NCBI GenBank assembly: GCA_040954595.2
Contig: CM082585.2
Location: forward strand, 6,845,808-6,909,807
Source of the DNA: Balanoglossus misakiensis
Lineage: Eukaryota > Animalia > Hemichordata
Direction of reading: 5' to 3'
DNA: 64,000 nucleotides
In this document: positions 27,645 through 42,600 of the stretch, piece after piece
How the letters are laid out: the number at the start of each line of letters is the position of its first letter
Numbering within the stretch: the stretch's first letter is position 1
Notes under the pieces: model-generated
The model's database searches: none
The model's input: only the letters and a program-made list of their open reading frames with translations
Told to the model about the DNA's origin: nothing
Translations under genes and position numbers: made by a program

Positions 27645-30600
27645 AGCGAGCCCTCGTATGCGTGTGGTTCAGGTGTGTCGGTTACGTACGTCCCTCTGAC
27701 GTTACGTGTTCACTGTTTATGCACTGGCAAGAAACTATACTAGAAGTGAATAAGCCGTCATTTCCTTTATATTGCTCACTTAAGTCACGTGATACTTTAA
27801 ACAGGAAAACCAACATGTTTGACAGACAGGCATCAGTGCAAACCTTTCTCTGCTTTTAAGCTACTATAATACCGTTTTCTTGTCTGTTGAGAACCCAGCT
27901 GTCGGAAATCTGCCCCTGATTGCCATTTGTTCCATATTGTATACATGTATTTAGTGCCTGGCAGTCTCCTTACGTCACATGACTCGAAAATGGGTTTTAG
28001 TCCACAAAATGTTTCGACGGTGGAAAGGTCCTTATAGTAGTGACGAAAATAAAATTGACACAAAACATTCTTGTTGAATGGTTAATTGTGACAATTACAC
28101 ACACGTCTCCACATTGAGAAACGCCTACTTAATTAAGAAATGAATATTTCATCCCCAATTAGGGGCGCGTGATCTGAGACAAGTCAATCAGTGACCTGTC
28201 GGCATGCGTTTGCCATACTTGGCTAAGTGTTTAATGGGGCAAAGTCATTCTCCTTTTTGCAGTGTTTTGTGCATGACTATAGATTATTCTGCTCCATTGA
28301 TCTGAAAATGTCTGCTCATGTCCTGTGTATTTTATCTTTTTAATATTTCAAGAATATAATTTTGGAATTTACCAGAATTTATTCACTTGACATATATGTA
28401 TATTTAAACAGCAGGAATGCAATGCCAGTCAAGTCACTAGGATTCAATCAGCGAAACCACATAATTAACTTCAAGGCATGATAAAAATAATTAATTTAAG
28501 GTTACTCATAAAATAAGGCAATGTATGGATGAGGGATGGGTTTTCCCAAGTGCTATGTTATTATTTGCTAAACCGTAACGTTTTATTTTTTCATTCTGTA
28601 TGAGGTGGGTACTTCATTAGTGTGTGCTTAATTATTAGCAGTTGCGAGGATGAACCAGTCATTGTTCCACGTTTAAATGTTGTTTTGCCGATTTTATACC
28701 TGGTGAAATTTCCTCGAGGTACATGTATGCTTATTACAGTCAATATCCATGTGACGCGTGCGTGAGGAGCCCTTTTAAAACTCTATGGTGATACAGATAC
28801 AAAATTGCCTTCTGTTTCAATCCCTTTCGATCTAACTGGAATTTCGATTTTTGTGAAATCGTTCAAAGTGAATTTGAACCGAAAATCACGCCTGCAGTGT
28901 TTTTTGATGGATTTGCATCCGACGCATCGATATCGGAATGTTTCATTACCGGGGAATGGCAGGGCTATTAATGGGAATTTTCTGGCTTTGGCTTGAATGA
29001 GACAAATCTGATAATAACCCCCTGGAGTCACCCTGTTTGCAAGTGACACCTGATAAGCGCTTTGCGTGTCACAGTTTCTTACGTCATTCTGCCTATTTGT
29101 GAATCATGCTCACATATAGGAAATCCAAGACTTAAGATTTTGCCGCTGATTTCCCGGAAATATATTGATCATAGACATTTCTTGTTTTTCTCAAAAGACA
29201 GGAATATCAAACCGGCGGATGAAGTAATGGCACTTGTGTAGGTTAAATGCTTAAGCTTATGGCGGCAAAGAAGGCTTTAATTTGTACACAGATTCCGTAG
29301 TTGTGTTCTTCAGTTTCTGTGTGGCTGGAGCTGTATAATTGACGATGTAATTACTGCTTTTAACGATCTTGCCAATAAATCTTGATCTCATCTTCAAAGG
29401 TTAAACACAACATCCGTTTCAACCATGACATAAATCTGACATAGCTCGAATTAGCTCTTCAAATGCAGGTTAGGTTAGGGACGTATGAAATTCCATTATC
29501 CTCTCAAATCCGAAATACCATCCTCTTAAATCGCATCTTTACTTGACATCAGAGGACATCACATGGCATGAGACCTACGTATTTTGGGTGTTTTTTTTCA
29601 TGTCTTCATGCATACAGTGTATCACAACTTATACCTACGCTACAGGTAGTTGGCCTTGTGAAGGCAAACCTGAACAAAAGTGTTGGTTTTAAGCTGTTTC
29701 CCACTGAAGATACATTATAGCTTTCGTATGTTCGGTATGTTAATTTGTTTCACGATGTGATTCAATGGATGTGGGTGTACGCTAGTTGCTCAGTTATTCC
29801 TTGCATGGAAAAGTCTACCACGCTGTATACGTGCAGGACTGTTTTAAGTTTCACCACACGACACGATCATCATGCCCGCAAGAAGCTATTATAACTCTAC
29901 TCCCAACGTTGCCACTGAAACTTGTTTTCGCACATAACTGTCAGTATTAACATAAGCGCTATGAGCTTAGACCCTGTTCTGTTGACAACAGTCAGCCACC
30001 AGCAGGGACTGTCGAGTTGTCTATTGTCACTTTATCCTACAGAAGAACTGAGAAGTTCTTGCGGCATGGTGAAATGTTCAACATTTCATGAAAATATTTC
30101 CTGTTATATGATGCAACAGCTACTTTTGCTTTCGCTATGTGTTCTTCAGGGACAAGCTTAATGTGTTTTCCTTTCCTTTTATGCGTAAAAAGGTATGCAT
30201 GACTTCGAGTATTCTGAAAACATTAAAGGAAATATTCGATTTTTTCTCTCCAATAGAAGCTAAATGTTGAAATTGAAAACAGGATGTCAGGTCATGTTTT
30301 CTGTTCTATTCTTTAACCTGAACACCTGCACACATGGACTCCAAGTTCTATAATTATTGTTTGCACGGTATCGCTTCCCCCTTGGAATTTTTTCCTTTAT
30401 ATCCTGAAGAGACCCAAAGCGACGTATTCTATACGTTACTTAATATAATGGAGGACTATTTAGACGACTGCAAAGTTCACTCAGTAACAGTTATCTTCTT
30501 TTGGCAAATGTAGTAATGTCATGTATGCATAGTATCTTTCTGTACTCAATAAGAATTTGTTCCAGTTTGAACTTTCAAAAAGGTTTGGAATCAGAGTGTG

Positions 30601-33600
30601 AATTTGACTGCTGTGAAATGAAGTACCACCTGGCCATTTATGCGATACGTGATAGTTTTTACTGTGATAACGTGTAAATTGCATGTTGCGCAGCGATGGC
30701 CAGATAACGACCGGGGTAAATTGTTTTGCATCTTCATGCAATCAGCGTGAATTTATACATGTAACATCTCGCATGATTGCATCTGCACACTTAGGGAGCG
30801 TTACTATCTGTGTTCTTTGAAGCAGTTGCCAATAAACCAGATTCTTTGTGAAAACAGTTTTACTTATAAGTGATTCAAGGGTACAGTTTTCTGATGTTAG
30901 TATGAACTTTCAAAAGTTATGAGACTTTGGTTCAAATGATAATAAAGAAAACACAAATATGATTTTCAAAACACGTCCCGAACAAACATGTCAAATGTCA
31001 CAACCACTGTCGCAGAGATATATGTTATTCCGAGGTACTTTTGCTAGCTGATTCAGGCATTTATTTCATTAGGTGTAACAGATGATTTTTCTGCTCACTG
31101 CGAGATCTTGGGAGACGTGGTCAATTACCATAGCAACGGGTTGGTAACCAAGTAATACAATCAAGCTTTGTATGAAACTAGAATAGGTTAACAAATGTTG
31201 TAACTTTCACCACTGGCCATGTGTTGTTTGTCCTGGTGTCACATGAGAATATCCTATATAAACTATCTACTGGTACAGTCGAGCGAGATCTCACAGAGTC
31301 TCGTGGAGTTTGGAAAATAGTCTACTTATCTGGTCATCCGTGTGAAAAAACATAATAAAACAGTACATTTAAGTACGGTAGGAATTTGGACCACCATGAG
31401 TAAGTGTCGCTCTGCTCAAAGGGCACTGGTCGACTTACCTACTTACACCTTTATAATATACAAACACGCACGATTTAAGCACGTTTATTCGATCACTATC
31501 CTCGTAAGGAGATTGGCATCGAACTTAAATTTTCATCCTTAAGAGTGTATACTACTCTATGGATTATTTCAGGCCAAAGGTCTTGTCTATCAGGAACTAA
31601 TAGGATGTCAGTAGGCTTTATGTTGGGGCTAACATGGAATAGTTTACCATGAAGTATGACTCTCTTGCGCACTTTTAGAAAGGTCATGGCGAAAAGTAAG
31701 GAAGGTCTCAGTTCATATATTAGAATTACATATTTACCATTCATGCAAGCCATCTACATCAAGCAGATGAACCTTTAAAATCATCCAAAAAAACTTTGAC
31801 ATTGTGTATAAGGTTGGCACATGCTTAACTGGCTGTCAACAATGCTTATTGGGTGATATGGTTTATCACTTCGAGCGTAGGAGCATTTGCAGACAAAACG
31901 TCGGCCGTGTGTAAAAGGCTGCGCTTTATGTTTTGCAGGCAACAGTACTCGTTGGTTGACATGGCAACCTTTTAGCAATTTTGTTTACAACAGAACTTTT
32001 CTTGGCCCATGGCGGTGTGCATATCACGTCAAGCATAACAAAATTTGAAAACAAGACTCTAAAGACTATGCCTTCGTAAGAAGAAGTTGTTCTTGTCAGC
32101 TTTTCGTCTTTTATGTTTAGTGCAATGAAATGTTTGCCATACAACTTTTTTCCTATCATATGGAATATTTCCTACTTGTAACTAAATGCTTCTGTTTTTC
32201 ACGTGTTATTAAGGGATCATGTCATATTTTGTCGTTTGATTGCAATTTACATTCGGAACTGGAAGAAAGGCAGCATACCATTGGCATTGCTTGCAAATCT
32301 GTGTCCATTCGATCAAAAGCTAGATTAGTTTTGTTTCTGCAATACAGGGAAGATAGAAATCTCCCATCAGACTTGAAATCCTCGACAGACATCAGGGGAT
32401 ACTGCGTAGGTCTATCACTCTACAAGCACTTCTAATTTCTTGAGCATGAATTACAGTTGGCGTAGTTTACAGATGGTATCTCAAGAGGCTTTGTTCAACA
32501 ATTTAAAGCCCAAAGACTAATGCCCGAGCATCCTCGAAGTATGTAGTGTATGGTGGCGCTGTCATTTCGATTGCTGATAATAGAGATGATCGTGAGATTA
32601 CCGGGATCATTTGGAACAACGATGCAGGCCTGTTGCCTTTCAATGAAATGTTTTTGCAATGTGTGTCTATACTCTGTACAACCTTTTAAAACTTACAAAA
32701 ATATATGCATCGGGGTCTTGTTTCAAATATGTCCACTTGGTCTAGAATTAAGGGAAATATAGGGGAAAATGTGTGAAAATGATGAAAATGTTGCTCTATA
32801 TTTAGACAGAGAAAAATGTGTCAATCAAAGGGTTAAATCGATACGACAATGTTCGAATGCAATCGTGCAGTGACAGTCCACGATACTGGGCAACCAATCA
32901 ATATTCCAATTTGAACAGTTGTATTGAACATAGCAATTGGGCTAATTTTTGTTTTTAAAACAACATTGTAACATTGAACAGGTTGAATGTGTCTGTTTAA
33001 GTTGGGATATTGATTTGCTATAATGTACCACAGATTTAATCGATGGCGTACCTCTGAAATAAGTGCATTTTGAACAAAATTTGATTTATTGTATAAATAC
33101 CATGTCTTATGGATGGTCAAAGATCATTTGTGATGAAAGGTATATTGTAAAGACAACATATAGCAATTTAAGTAGAATTGAACTGGGGAGAGTTCGCAGT
33201 AAACAAAGGCAAAATCCATGAAGACGATTGGTAAAATCTGAGTGTTTTGCGAACAATAAGTGATTATGTTCGTCATGTCACATCATTTGATGGAGAAGAC
33301 TGACAATGTCATCAAAGAAGTGTTAAAAAAAGTTTAAGTTTCAGAGTGCAATGAAGATATTCCATATGATCAAATGAAAAAGGATGATGTGAGTGATATA
33401 GCCATAGCATTTTATTTAAACTTTCTGCAGCCTACCGTCGTCCTTGACAACACGATTCTGTTGCCCATTGTGGCGTCTTCTTTGATGAATCAGGACCGTC
33501 GAGGCATAACTCCTTAAAGTCTTTAATTGGCGGGGAAACTTGCAATAAGGGCAACTAGGATTGTGCATCGTGAACGCCTAGCGACTTTATTTTGCATTGC

Positions 33601-36600
33601 ACTACTGAAGCAAGTAAGCAAAAGCTCCACTCGCTTCTCTTTTCAATGTGCCTTATGATTTACTTTCTGCTGTCATGGGCAAAATCGGTGCAATGAAGCT
33701 AAGCGATCCATGAACCGATGTCTTTGCCTTTATTTATAAAGCATGAAAGATCCTCTTTGCTCATTGAATTTCTTTTTTTTAAAGAAATAACCGAGTCAGA
33801 AATGCGAGTTAAGTAGCATGATTAGTAAGCCAAAGGCGGAATACAAACTGACAGAATGATCCTTTCCAAGAAAGGCGTTTGCCTTTAGCCTCTCACAAAT
33901 TTCTGGCGTGATCCAGTGAATGTTACACTTCTAAAATCATAGATGGTGAAAACTTGAGGTACGTGTCAGCTGCTCACGATCGGAAAGGGCAGCTTAAAAT
34001 GTCATCATCTTGACATTTTGTCATTAACAGTCGGGTTGTACTTTTCCTCTATGACTTTTTTAACTTATAACTTTTGCTTAAGATTGACCTTTCTTTCATT
34101 TTCATTTCCAGTTAATACAGAGTGTATTTTGTAGGCAATATTTATGAAGTCATTCTGGGGTTACAGTAGTACTTTATTTTAACTGAAGTTAACAGCGAGA
34201 GAGAGGGGGGGGCTAGTACTGAGCCAGTCGCAGGAATTACCCTTCAACCTAAGGTCATCCTGGATACATTGCGAGTTCTGACTTTGAACAAGTCAAAATT
34301 TGGTCACAAGAGGGCGCTCTCAGTCTATGCAATATCTCCCCCCCCCCCCTTCACTATTTATCAAAATGCTGTTGATGACATTTTCTCACTTGTGACATAT
34401 AGTTGTGTAGGGAATTATTTGACTTAAATTGTCAGTATTTCAGGCCGTGGGTTAAGAGTTGGTCACGTGTAGCCAGAATAAAGAAATTCCACTTTTGACA
34501 ATCCAGATCATAATATCACTGGAAGCCATTTTGCAGTCATACAGTAGTTAAAACAGCACACATGCGTCAGAGTCTCTTGTGATGTTCAAGTTCTTGCGAA
34601 CAATCCCGCGTGATGTCGTTAGCGAAAAAGGGGTCATCAGTTAACAACAGGCGCCAGTCAGTCTAACAACGTAAAACGACGTTTAAATGTTACTTTTTTT
34701 GCAAATGAACGTCCATACGCTTTTTGTTTCATGTTCCTGTGTTTTTGCCACATGATATGCTACCAAAAATCAAAATTGTAATGGAGGTCCCTGTAAAAAC
34801 AATGGTGACTTCCTCCGGTATGTGGGGATGTTTGAGTTAGATGTGTTTAACTGGTGGATTGTAACTCAAGAAAGAAGTGAAATTTAATGATCACACTGGG
34901 ACATGTTATCAACCCTTATTAGCAAAGATCTGCATTCAGAGGCTTGTAAATGTATCGCGGCTATATCTGCAATGAAGACTTATGCTACAATAGTACAATA
35001 CAAAGGCAATTTCTGCAATGAAGACATAGACGCAGTGTCATTACTAGAAAATTGACGTAATGCCTAAACGCTTGCCTCTGGAGGATAAAGCAAGACTTGT
35101 TAAAAATAAAATCTGGTTGAGTTCGATCCCCCCTGGGCGCAAAATCATGTTAGACGAAGACTCTTTCCCAAGAGCTTAGAAAGTAAATTTGTTAATGCAG
35201 TGCCAGCAGATTGGGGAATTTAAACTGCATATACACGCGTTTGAGTTCAAACGAAACTGTTCATGATTGCACCATCTGAATGTAAATTATTCGTCAACGT
35301 ACACGCCGCCGTGGGTTGTTCCATTTGTGCAATCCTGAGCCATGAAGACCCGTACAATTTTTTTTGCTTTCAGTTTCACTCACGATCGCTTCTTTGATCT
35401 TCTGCATCCATAAAGATCTGCCGTCCCCGGGACAATCTTTCAGACAGCGAATATTCTGTCCATTGATCTGTTGTTGCAGGGCGCCATTAGTTATAAATTT
35501 GGTATTCATATTGCTTTTTAGCTGAAGTTTGGTCGACTGTAAAGTTCTAATCTGACATTTGTATCGATGGTTAAAATCTTTCAGCATTCTTAAGTAATTG
35601 GCTCAATGTCCGAATATACATTTGCAATTGCATTTCATTATTCATAAATATATCAAATAGGCTAGACGGGTCAGTTAAGAAGGCCTTTCCAAAGTGGAAA
35701 CATGTCGGTTTGGTTGTCTCATCTTGCTTCGCTGTTTATTCTTTTCATCAATTAATATGTGATAGTTTTGTTTCTAACTCGTAACTATTCGCGTTTGACA
35801 TGATATATCATGTTATTAACTCTGTTAATATTGATTCTATGAACTTGCATTCCAACGTCAACAGTAGTTGGGTTGTTCTTGGTTCGTTACTAATTTGCCG
35901 ATAACATGAATCTACATCTTGTTATTAACTTGTGTATTGATTCTTTAACCTTGTAATCAGACATCAACTTTAGTTGATCTTGCATTAGGCTATTGGGGCT
36001 CAATCCTTCTAAATGCAAGTCTTAACTCTTTATTGAAAAGTAATGTTTTACATTCCCATATAAACTAGGTACTTATACTTTCAGTGAAAGCTTATATTAT
36101 AACACGAGGAATCTTAGTGTTATCATTGACATGGGATTAAAATTTTGTAAACATGTGAGTAGCAGAATTGATGGTGCGAGAAATTTAAAGCCGGATTTAT
36201 CAATGAGGAATAGCCAAGGTATTAAGTGTAGAAAGAAAAATACTAAATGTAAAACGAAGTTGACAGCACAAAACGAAACATCCAGGGATAATTTCTTATA
36301 TAAAAGCTTGTTTTTTAATGAGATATTAGGTTCTACAAAGTAATATCAGCTCAAGGACTTAAATTCTTTTTAATGATATATTAGGGGTTAAGTTTTAAAG
36401 CGATATCCAATTTTCACTTATCATTATCCAAACGTAAGTATCAGATACCCATGTTGAAAATTTGTGGTTTGTGGGCATTGACTGGAAATATGGCTTTGAA
36501 ATAAAAGCATGCTGTTGCCACACAGTGCCGTGGTGCGTACGTCCTGAGCATGATTTGAAAATTGGAAATTGATTGAAATTTTGTTGAAATGAACATGGTG

Positions 36601-39600
36601 TTTAGAAGGGTTATTTTAGATTTCAATATTCAACATATGGTGTGGATGAGGGACGCACGCAGTCCCCATCTCCAGGTTTTTGTTCAACAGCAAGAATCAA
36701 GTATGTGTCTTCCGCGCGTGCAGTCAGCTAAGATTGAAAAAACTTGTGATGAAAATACACAACTGTCAGTTCACATATCAGAAATAATGTTGAGTATGTC
36801 TTTTATATTGCTTGCTTCCTTTGCTAAGCGACTGGTGCCATTGGGTTATGGGTTGGAATCCTAGATATCAATGTATAACTCACAATCAAAGAGAGATTAT
36901 TATTAGTTGCACATCGAAATTTCAATTAATTTCAGTGTCATTTATGATCAACATTAAGGCATTTTAGAAAGGTTGATTAAATACAAGCTCTTGGGAATAT
37001 ATGCGCGAAATATATAACGACGTATGAGCCACCACAGTACAAGCACTGGCCTACTTCATACTCTACCTAAGAAAGTGCAGTACGCACCAAGCTATATATT
37101 CCCCTGAGCTTTGTTCCATTGACATTTACCTTCCATTGTTCCTTAAAGGATAAAACTGACATCAGGGAATAAGGTTATTTGATTGCCTTTTCATCTGCTG
37201 CGGTGTCATACCAAAGATTTAGCTTGACTTGAATGTTCCATTTTGCTATATCAAAATACATAATGCACACTACATGTATCTCAGGATATTTCAAACATTG
37301 ACCATGTACCTTAGTGAATATGAATCTCAACCACTGGTATTTATATTTAGATATATACTATCTCAGTAAGCATTTTCATATCCAAATAACGCATGTACTA
37401 AGTAAATTTAGCCAATATCTCCAGTTCGATGTCAAAGCATTTCAATACATGTTGAATTCTACGTTATTTTGTAAGAACTAAAAGACAAAGTTAAAAATGA
37501 ACAGAAGACAGTCAGCTGCTTGTCTGCTGGACTTAAACCATACCAATATACTAACTCATAGAGACTCTGTCCAACCAGTAAGAGTAACTTAACAGCCTTT
37601 GCATCGTTCAAGAAATTGGATTACTACTGTAGCATGAAATTGATCCAAACATCGCCTTGTATTTTTGTAATGCAATTCATCAATTAATGGAATACAAACT
37701 TTGTGTTTGTAATGACAGTATAATCAGAGGGACCCATCTCTTGATACACATAGCCTACCCATTTAGCGACAGTGTTTTGTTTGAGCCTGGCGTCTCGCTG
37801 TGTCCTCGTTATCTTAAGAAATATGCTGAATTGCAAAGGTGAATATGGCTCAGTGAACATTGTTATTTGTTTCCATCACAAGGAGAATGTACTGTGTGTT
37901 CGTAATTTCCCAACAGAACCTAAACACTGATTGCAAGGTGCTTTCCTTTTCCGTAATTACAGGAGAATTTAAATGGTATTTAAGAAATAGCTCTTTCGTT
38001 ATTTGCAAGAGGTTGTAGTTTGTGATCTTTGAAGCTTTTGTTTGACTTAGTCTCCTATGGGAAGAGGCAGAGAATTGTATGTCACCAATCTACATGCTGG
38101 CGGCGCTCAACGTGTCACCATGGAAACAACGCGCTCAACCAGGAGTCTGCAGGGAACAATTTGATGTTTTTTTGTATGTGAAAGCCTACGAATCAACAAC
38201 TTCTACTGAGAACTACCGTTGTTCTCTTACAAGCTGTAATCCAGGCTTCTTGAAGGAAACAAAAAGAATTAATGATTGTTGAGAGCTGTATAACAAAACC
38301 TCTGGCCTGTGGATTACTGTGTCAGTGATGATTTTCATAAATGCGAGAAAACGAAAACCCACGGCAACAGCAATGCCAAGAGTAGGCGGAATTATTTTAT
38401 AAGGACACTACGACCTTAATATCCCATGAAATTAGTGCTGATGAATATTTTCAACACGTACAAACCACGGGATTAGTATCACTTTTATGTGATTTGAGAT
38501 TTATTGCTGGCGTGTGATTAATCCTTTTTCATTCACAAATCTTGGGAAAGAAAACGGTATGTTATTTTGCAGAGATGCCAAATCTCATGTCAATGCTTTT
38601 CTTTACTCAATTATTTCAGATGTCTTATCCTGAAAATTGCATATCAAGGGGAATTACTGCGGCTTATAAGTTAACTGGAAAGTAATTTCTCTTTTGAAAA
38701 TAGTTTGAAAAGATAAAAATCATGAAATAATCCTTCACACATCAAATTCCTACAAGTGTGTGCAACACTGTGTATCTGCCGTAGTGTGACGCATCATTAT
38801 AGATTTAGCACAAACATACATGTATACATTGTGGAAAGTGTTAATATGAATTGTTTCGCTTATTTTCAGCGTCACAAGAAAGTATGTGGGTTTGCGCAAA
38901 ACATGAGTATAGTGCTCAATTACAAATTGCACTCATTGGCTCACTTTTGCGATGTGACGCCCAAATGATTTCTTTGTACTCGTATTTCAAATACATGTGA
39001 CTTTCCCCTGACGACTAATGCACCAAAAGAAATGTTATCCGCGCTTGACGCCACCAACGGTTGCATAATTGTGCCTCCGAAGAGCTGACATTTCAGTAGA
39101 ATGCCATTGAGAAGTTGAAAAGAGTTTCATTTCATCGAAGGCACTGAGGCGAACTCCTAAGGTCAAAATCATTCTGAAATTAAGGCGCTATATGCCCACA
39201 CCTATTGATAACCGATTGTCGTCTCATTTTGTTAGCCGTGGGCAAAAATGGAAATAATCTTCGTGATGCACGATTTCTATTATTTATTACGCAAAACTTG
39301 TTTTTTTCAAAGCAATTTCCGTTGTTGTTTTTGCAAGAAAAGTTCTACCCTCCAAAGCTTCATTAGCTGCTTCGACAACCATTTTCTACAAGTCTTTCTT
39401 ACTCGTGCGATGTTTCTTGACCGAGAAGATACATCAAAAATCCCACAGCCCAGAGCAACTATCCTCCACCCACAGCCGCGGTGTACTTCAAACAGAATTA
39501 CTCAAACTGTTGGCGGCACTTCATAAAAGCCAAAATCTGAAGAATTTTTATCGTGATATTTTCCTTCCACGTTTTAACACTGCTGCGAGTGTCGCTACAA

Positions 39601-42600
39601 TTTGTTTTGAAACGAGAGCGTTCGTCGGGGCTTTTACAAACAGATGATGCAGACACACCGTATGTCTGAATACACGGCACATTCAGATTAGGCATACCTC
39701 TGAAAATGGCCACGTCTCTCAGTTGTAAAACGCTCGTGGGCTACTGTTTCTTTTTCACTAGCAAGAAAGGTATAGTTAAAGTTTACAAACAGGTTGACTG
39801 TCACTGTATCTGGGACTTTTCCCGCTGTTCATCGCGACATTCTGTAACATTCGTAAATGTACAAAAAATGCTTCAGGATGTAGCATGTGTATGCTTGGAA
39901 CAAGATATGTCTGGAGGTCGGTCTGTGAAGATAAGTGTACTTCAAACATCTTCATTCAGTAAATTGAAGTATGTAGCTCTACGGTACTCACAGAGATACG
40001 GACAATGGTTAAAGGGGCAGGTGTAAAGTTTGATAATTGATGATGCTTGCCCAACCCTATTCTAATATTCTTCAGACGAGATACTGACGTTAACATATGA
40101 CATGATTTACTTGAAGGTTCAATTGTTCTTTCTGCTCACTTTTGGGGGTTTGAAACACTTCCTGGTGACTGGAGACATCAATAATAATTATGTGACAATG
40201 GCAAAAACTTCTCATTTCAGGAGCGTACTTGATGGTTGAGAAACAAAAATCGAGTTAAGTATGGCCCCTTTGATTTTTGGACACTAGATAGCGTTTTGCA
40301 TCAATAAAACAGCCGATTTAAATTGACGAACAGAAATGCGAGACAGAACACTGCTAACAATCACGTCAGCTTTAAATCAGTATCTGTAAAAGAATCCTCA
40401 TATCTGGAGTAGTAATTATTGACATATACTCATTTCTATAAGAGGTTATAAAATGCTAACCAATTTGGCTGATGAATATTAAGTTTCACGAATATGGCAC
40501 GCAGTGATATAGTTTAGCTCTGAACAGTTTAACCAAGATGTTTTATCTGCACCTGCCCACACTGTTGAAAGAATGTATCGCCTCCATAACCTGTCAACGC
40601 TATTCAAAAGACATTTCATAGGAAGAGAGAAGACAACTGGATTAGTCATGACGTAGCTAATACGGTACCTTATGGTTATGATGGAAACATCGTAGATGGA
40701 TATAAGTATAATCTCTGAAGCTCAAGTTGTTCAGAGTGACTTTGCTCTTTGAGACTCTTTGTTTGGAGAAGATGTAGTCATGGACACAGGCATTATAATC
40801 GGCCTCAGCTAAATGGGTCTGGCTCCAGTTCATCATGACGTGACACATCTAACCCTTTCAATGCCATCGTCAAATTGTCGTCATTTTCACAAAATAAACC
40901 TAGCTTAACTTTTCCCATATTTTTTTTCTAAAATTTTGATCAAGACCTGCAGAGAATAGAAAATAATGTCCATTTGGTCCAAAATTAAAGGGAAAATGGG
41001 GGGAAAATGTTTGAAAATTATAAAAATGTTGCAACACATTTTGGCGTTCAATCAAAAGGTTATCACTTATACATATACATGAAGGGTGTTCAGTCTGGTG
41101 AAAACTACTATACAAGGAAACGACGAAGAAAATGTTAAAGGTTTAACAAATTAAATGAGGAGAACTCTATTCTTCCATCCCGGGCATCACCTGTTGTTAA
41201 GACGTCACTAGCCCGGCATAGTGACACCAACATGCATTATAAGTGCAAATTTAGTTTTAAAATGATTGAGTTGACACTGCCTCCGTCTTAATGCACGCAT
41301 TATCGAAGCAGTGATGTGAAACTTACTGTCTCGTTACCTTGTGAAAGAACAACGCCACAAGATAGTGTTGTTATCATGCAAGACACGTGCAAATACATTG
41401 TAAACACCCACTTTGTTTCAGAAATGGACTAATGTACTCATACAGTTACGCCGTATGAAGTTAGTGTTTCCTGAAATTCACTGTGTCGTAAACCAGAGTT
41501 GTAAATTCCCTAAAGCAACTTAAGCACGTCTAGCAAATAAGCCATGATAATGCATTATAAAGAAGAATATGAAAATTTAAGTGTTGCAAAGCCCCTGCAA
41601 GGGTGTGCCAATAATCACAATAAATCGATATCGACATCTGGGAATATCTTGAAAATTGAGCCATTACAGTGTTTTTACAACTGGAGTTGATTGGCATCGT
41701 ATAAATCGGTTCGTAGTGTTCTCAAATCCTCGGGTATCCCATGAGAACACTGTCGCTATTTTCATTAGTAAACTGCCTGATCTCCTTAGCTTTTCTCGTT
41801 GTGTAGAGCGAAAGCCCCTCTTAATTGGGGTCGTGGTTCCTGTTGTGACTTGCCGACAAGAGCCCCGGACAGAGATAACGATCACTGATCAGGGTTTTGC
41901 TATAGTAGAATTAAACTCTGCAATGATTTTCGGTTTATTAATTTATTCGGAAACCATGACGTTGTGGGCAGCGAGGGAGGTCGTAATGACCCTATAAACC
42001 TGCCAGTTAAGAGTTTCATCTTGGGACTTGGGCGGAATTTGTGGGGCAGAAACAGTGTACTGACACTTGCATTATTCACGTTTTGTCGGAAAACTGTATC
42101 ATGGCACTGGGAGAATTTTTCTTTAGATGTTTCAATCATCTCGCAGACTGCTTGTGCTGCATGTCACCTGGTAACATCCCATCAGAACTTATCCCTTCAG
42201 TAAGCCAGTCAGAGAATATCCTTTGCAAACACGCAAAAATATCAAAAGAAAGTTAGCATGATTGTCACATTACACGCGGATCTTTGGAACGGTTTAACAC
42301 CGTATTTTAATACTTCTAAATCGCCTCCGCTTGAGTATACAAATCATCAGCCAAGTCTTTCCACACATTTAAAAAGAGGGTTTACTGAGTTTAATTCCCT
42401 GCAATCATGAGCGAGCGTACGTGTTTCGCTTTAAGACGTGATGAAATGGTGGCTTCCCATCCTATGATGTTTATAGAAGTGATTGTACTTATCAGTGCAC
42501 TGCAAACGCTATTGGCAGAGAATGCGATGATTTAGCGTGGAATCGATATTATACTTTTCAATTGCAGGGCGCGTCATATCGACCCTTTTAATTGAAATGC

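Noticed and set aside
27180-27743. 187-aa plus-strand ORF, and similar ORFs at 13466-13912 and 44517-44819
   Set aside because: These are antisense shadows of the GC-rich GPCR exons and have no recognisable motifs of their own.
35110-35140. B-box-like GAGTTCGATCCC as a tRNA gene
   Set aside because: No A-box at a suitable distance and no cloverleaf could be formed; at most a SINE fragment.
41664-41885. Ser/Thr/Arg-rich minus-strand ORF as a possible GPCR C-tail exon
   Set aside because: There is an in-frame stop just upstream, no phase-0 acceptor, and no helix-8 similarity.
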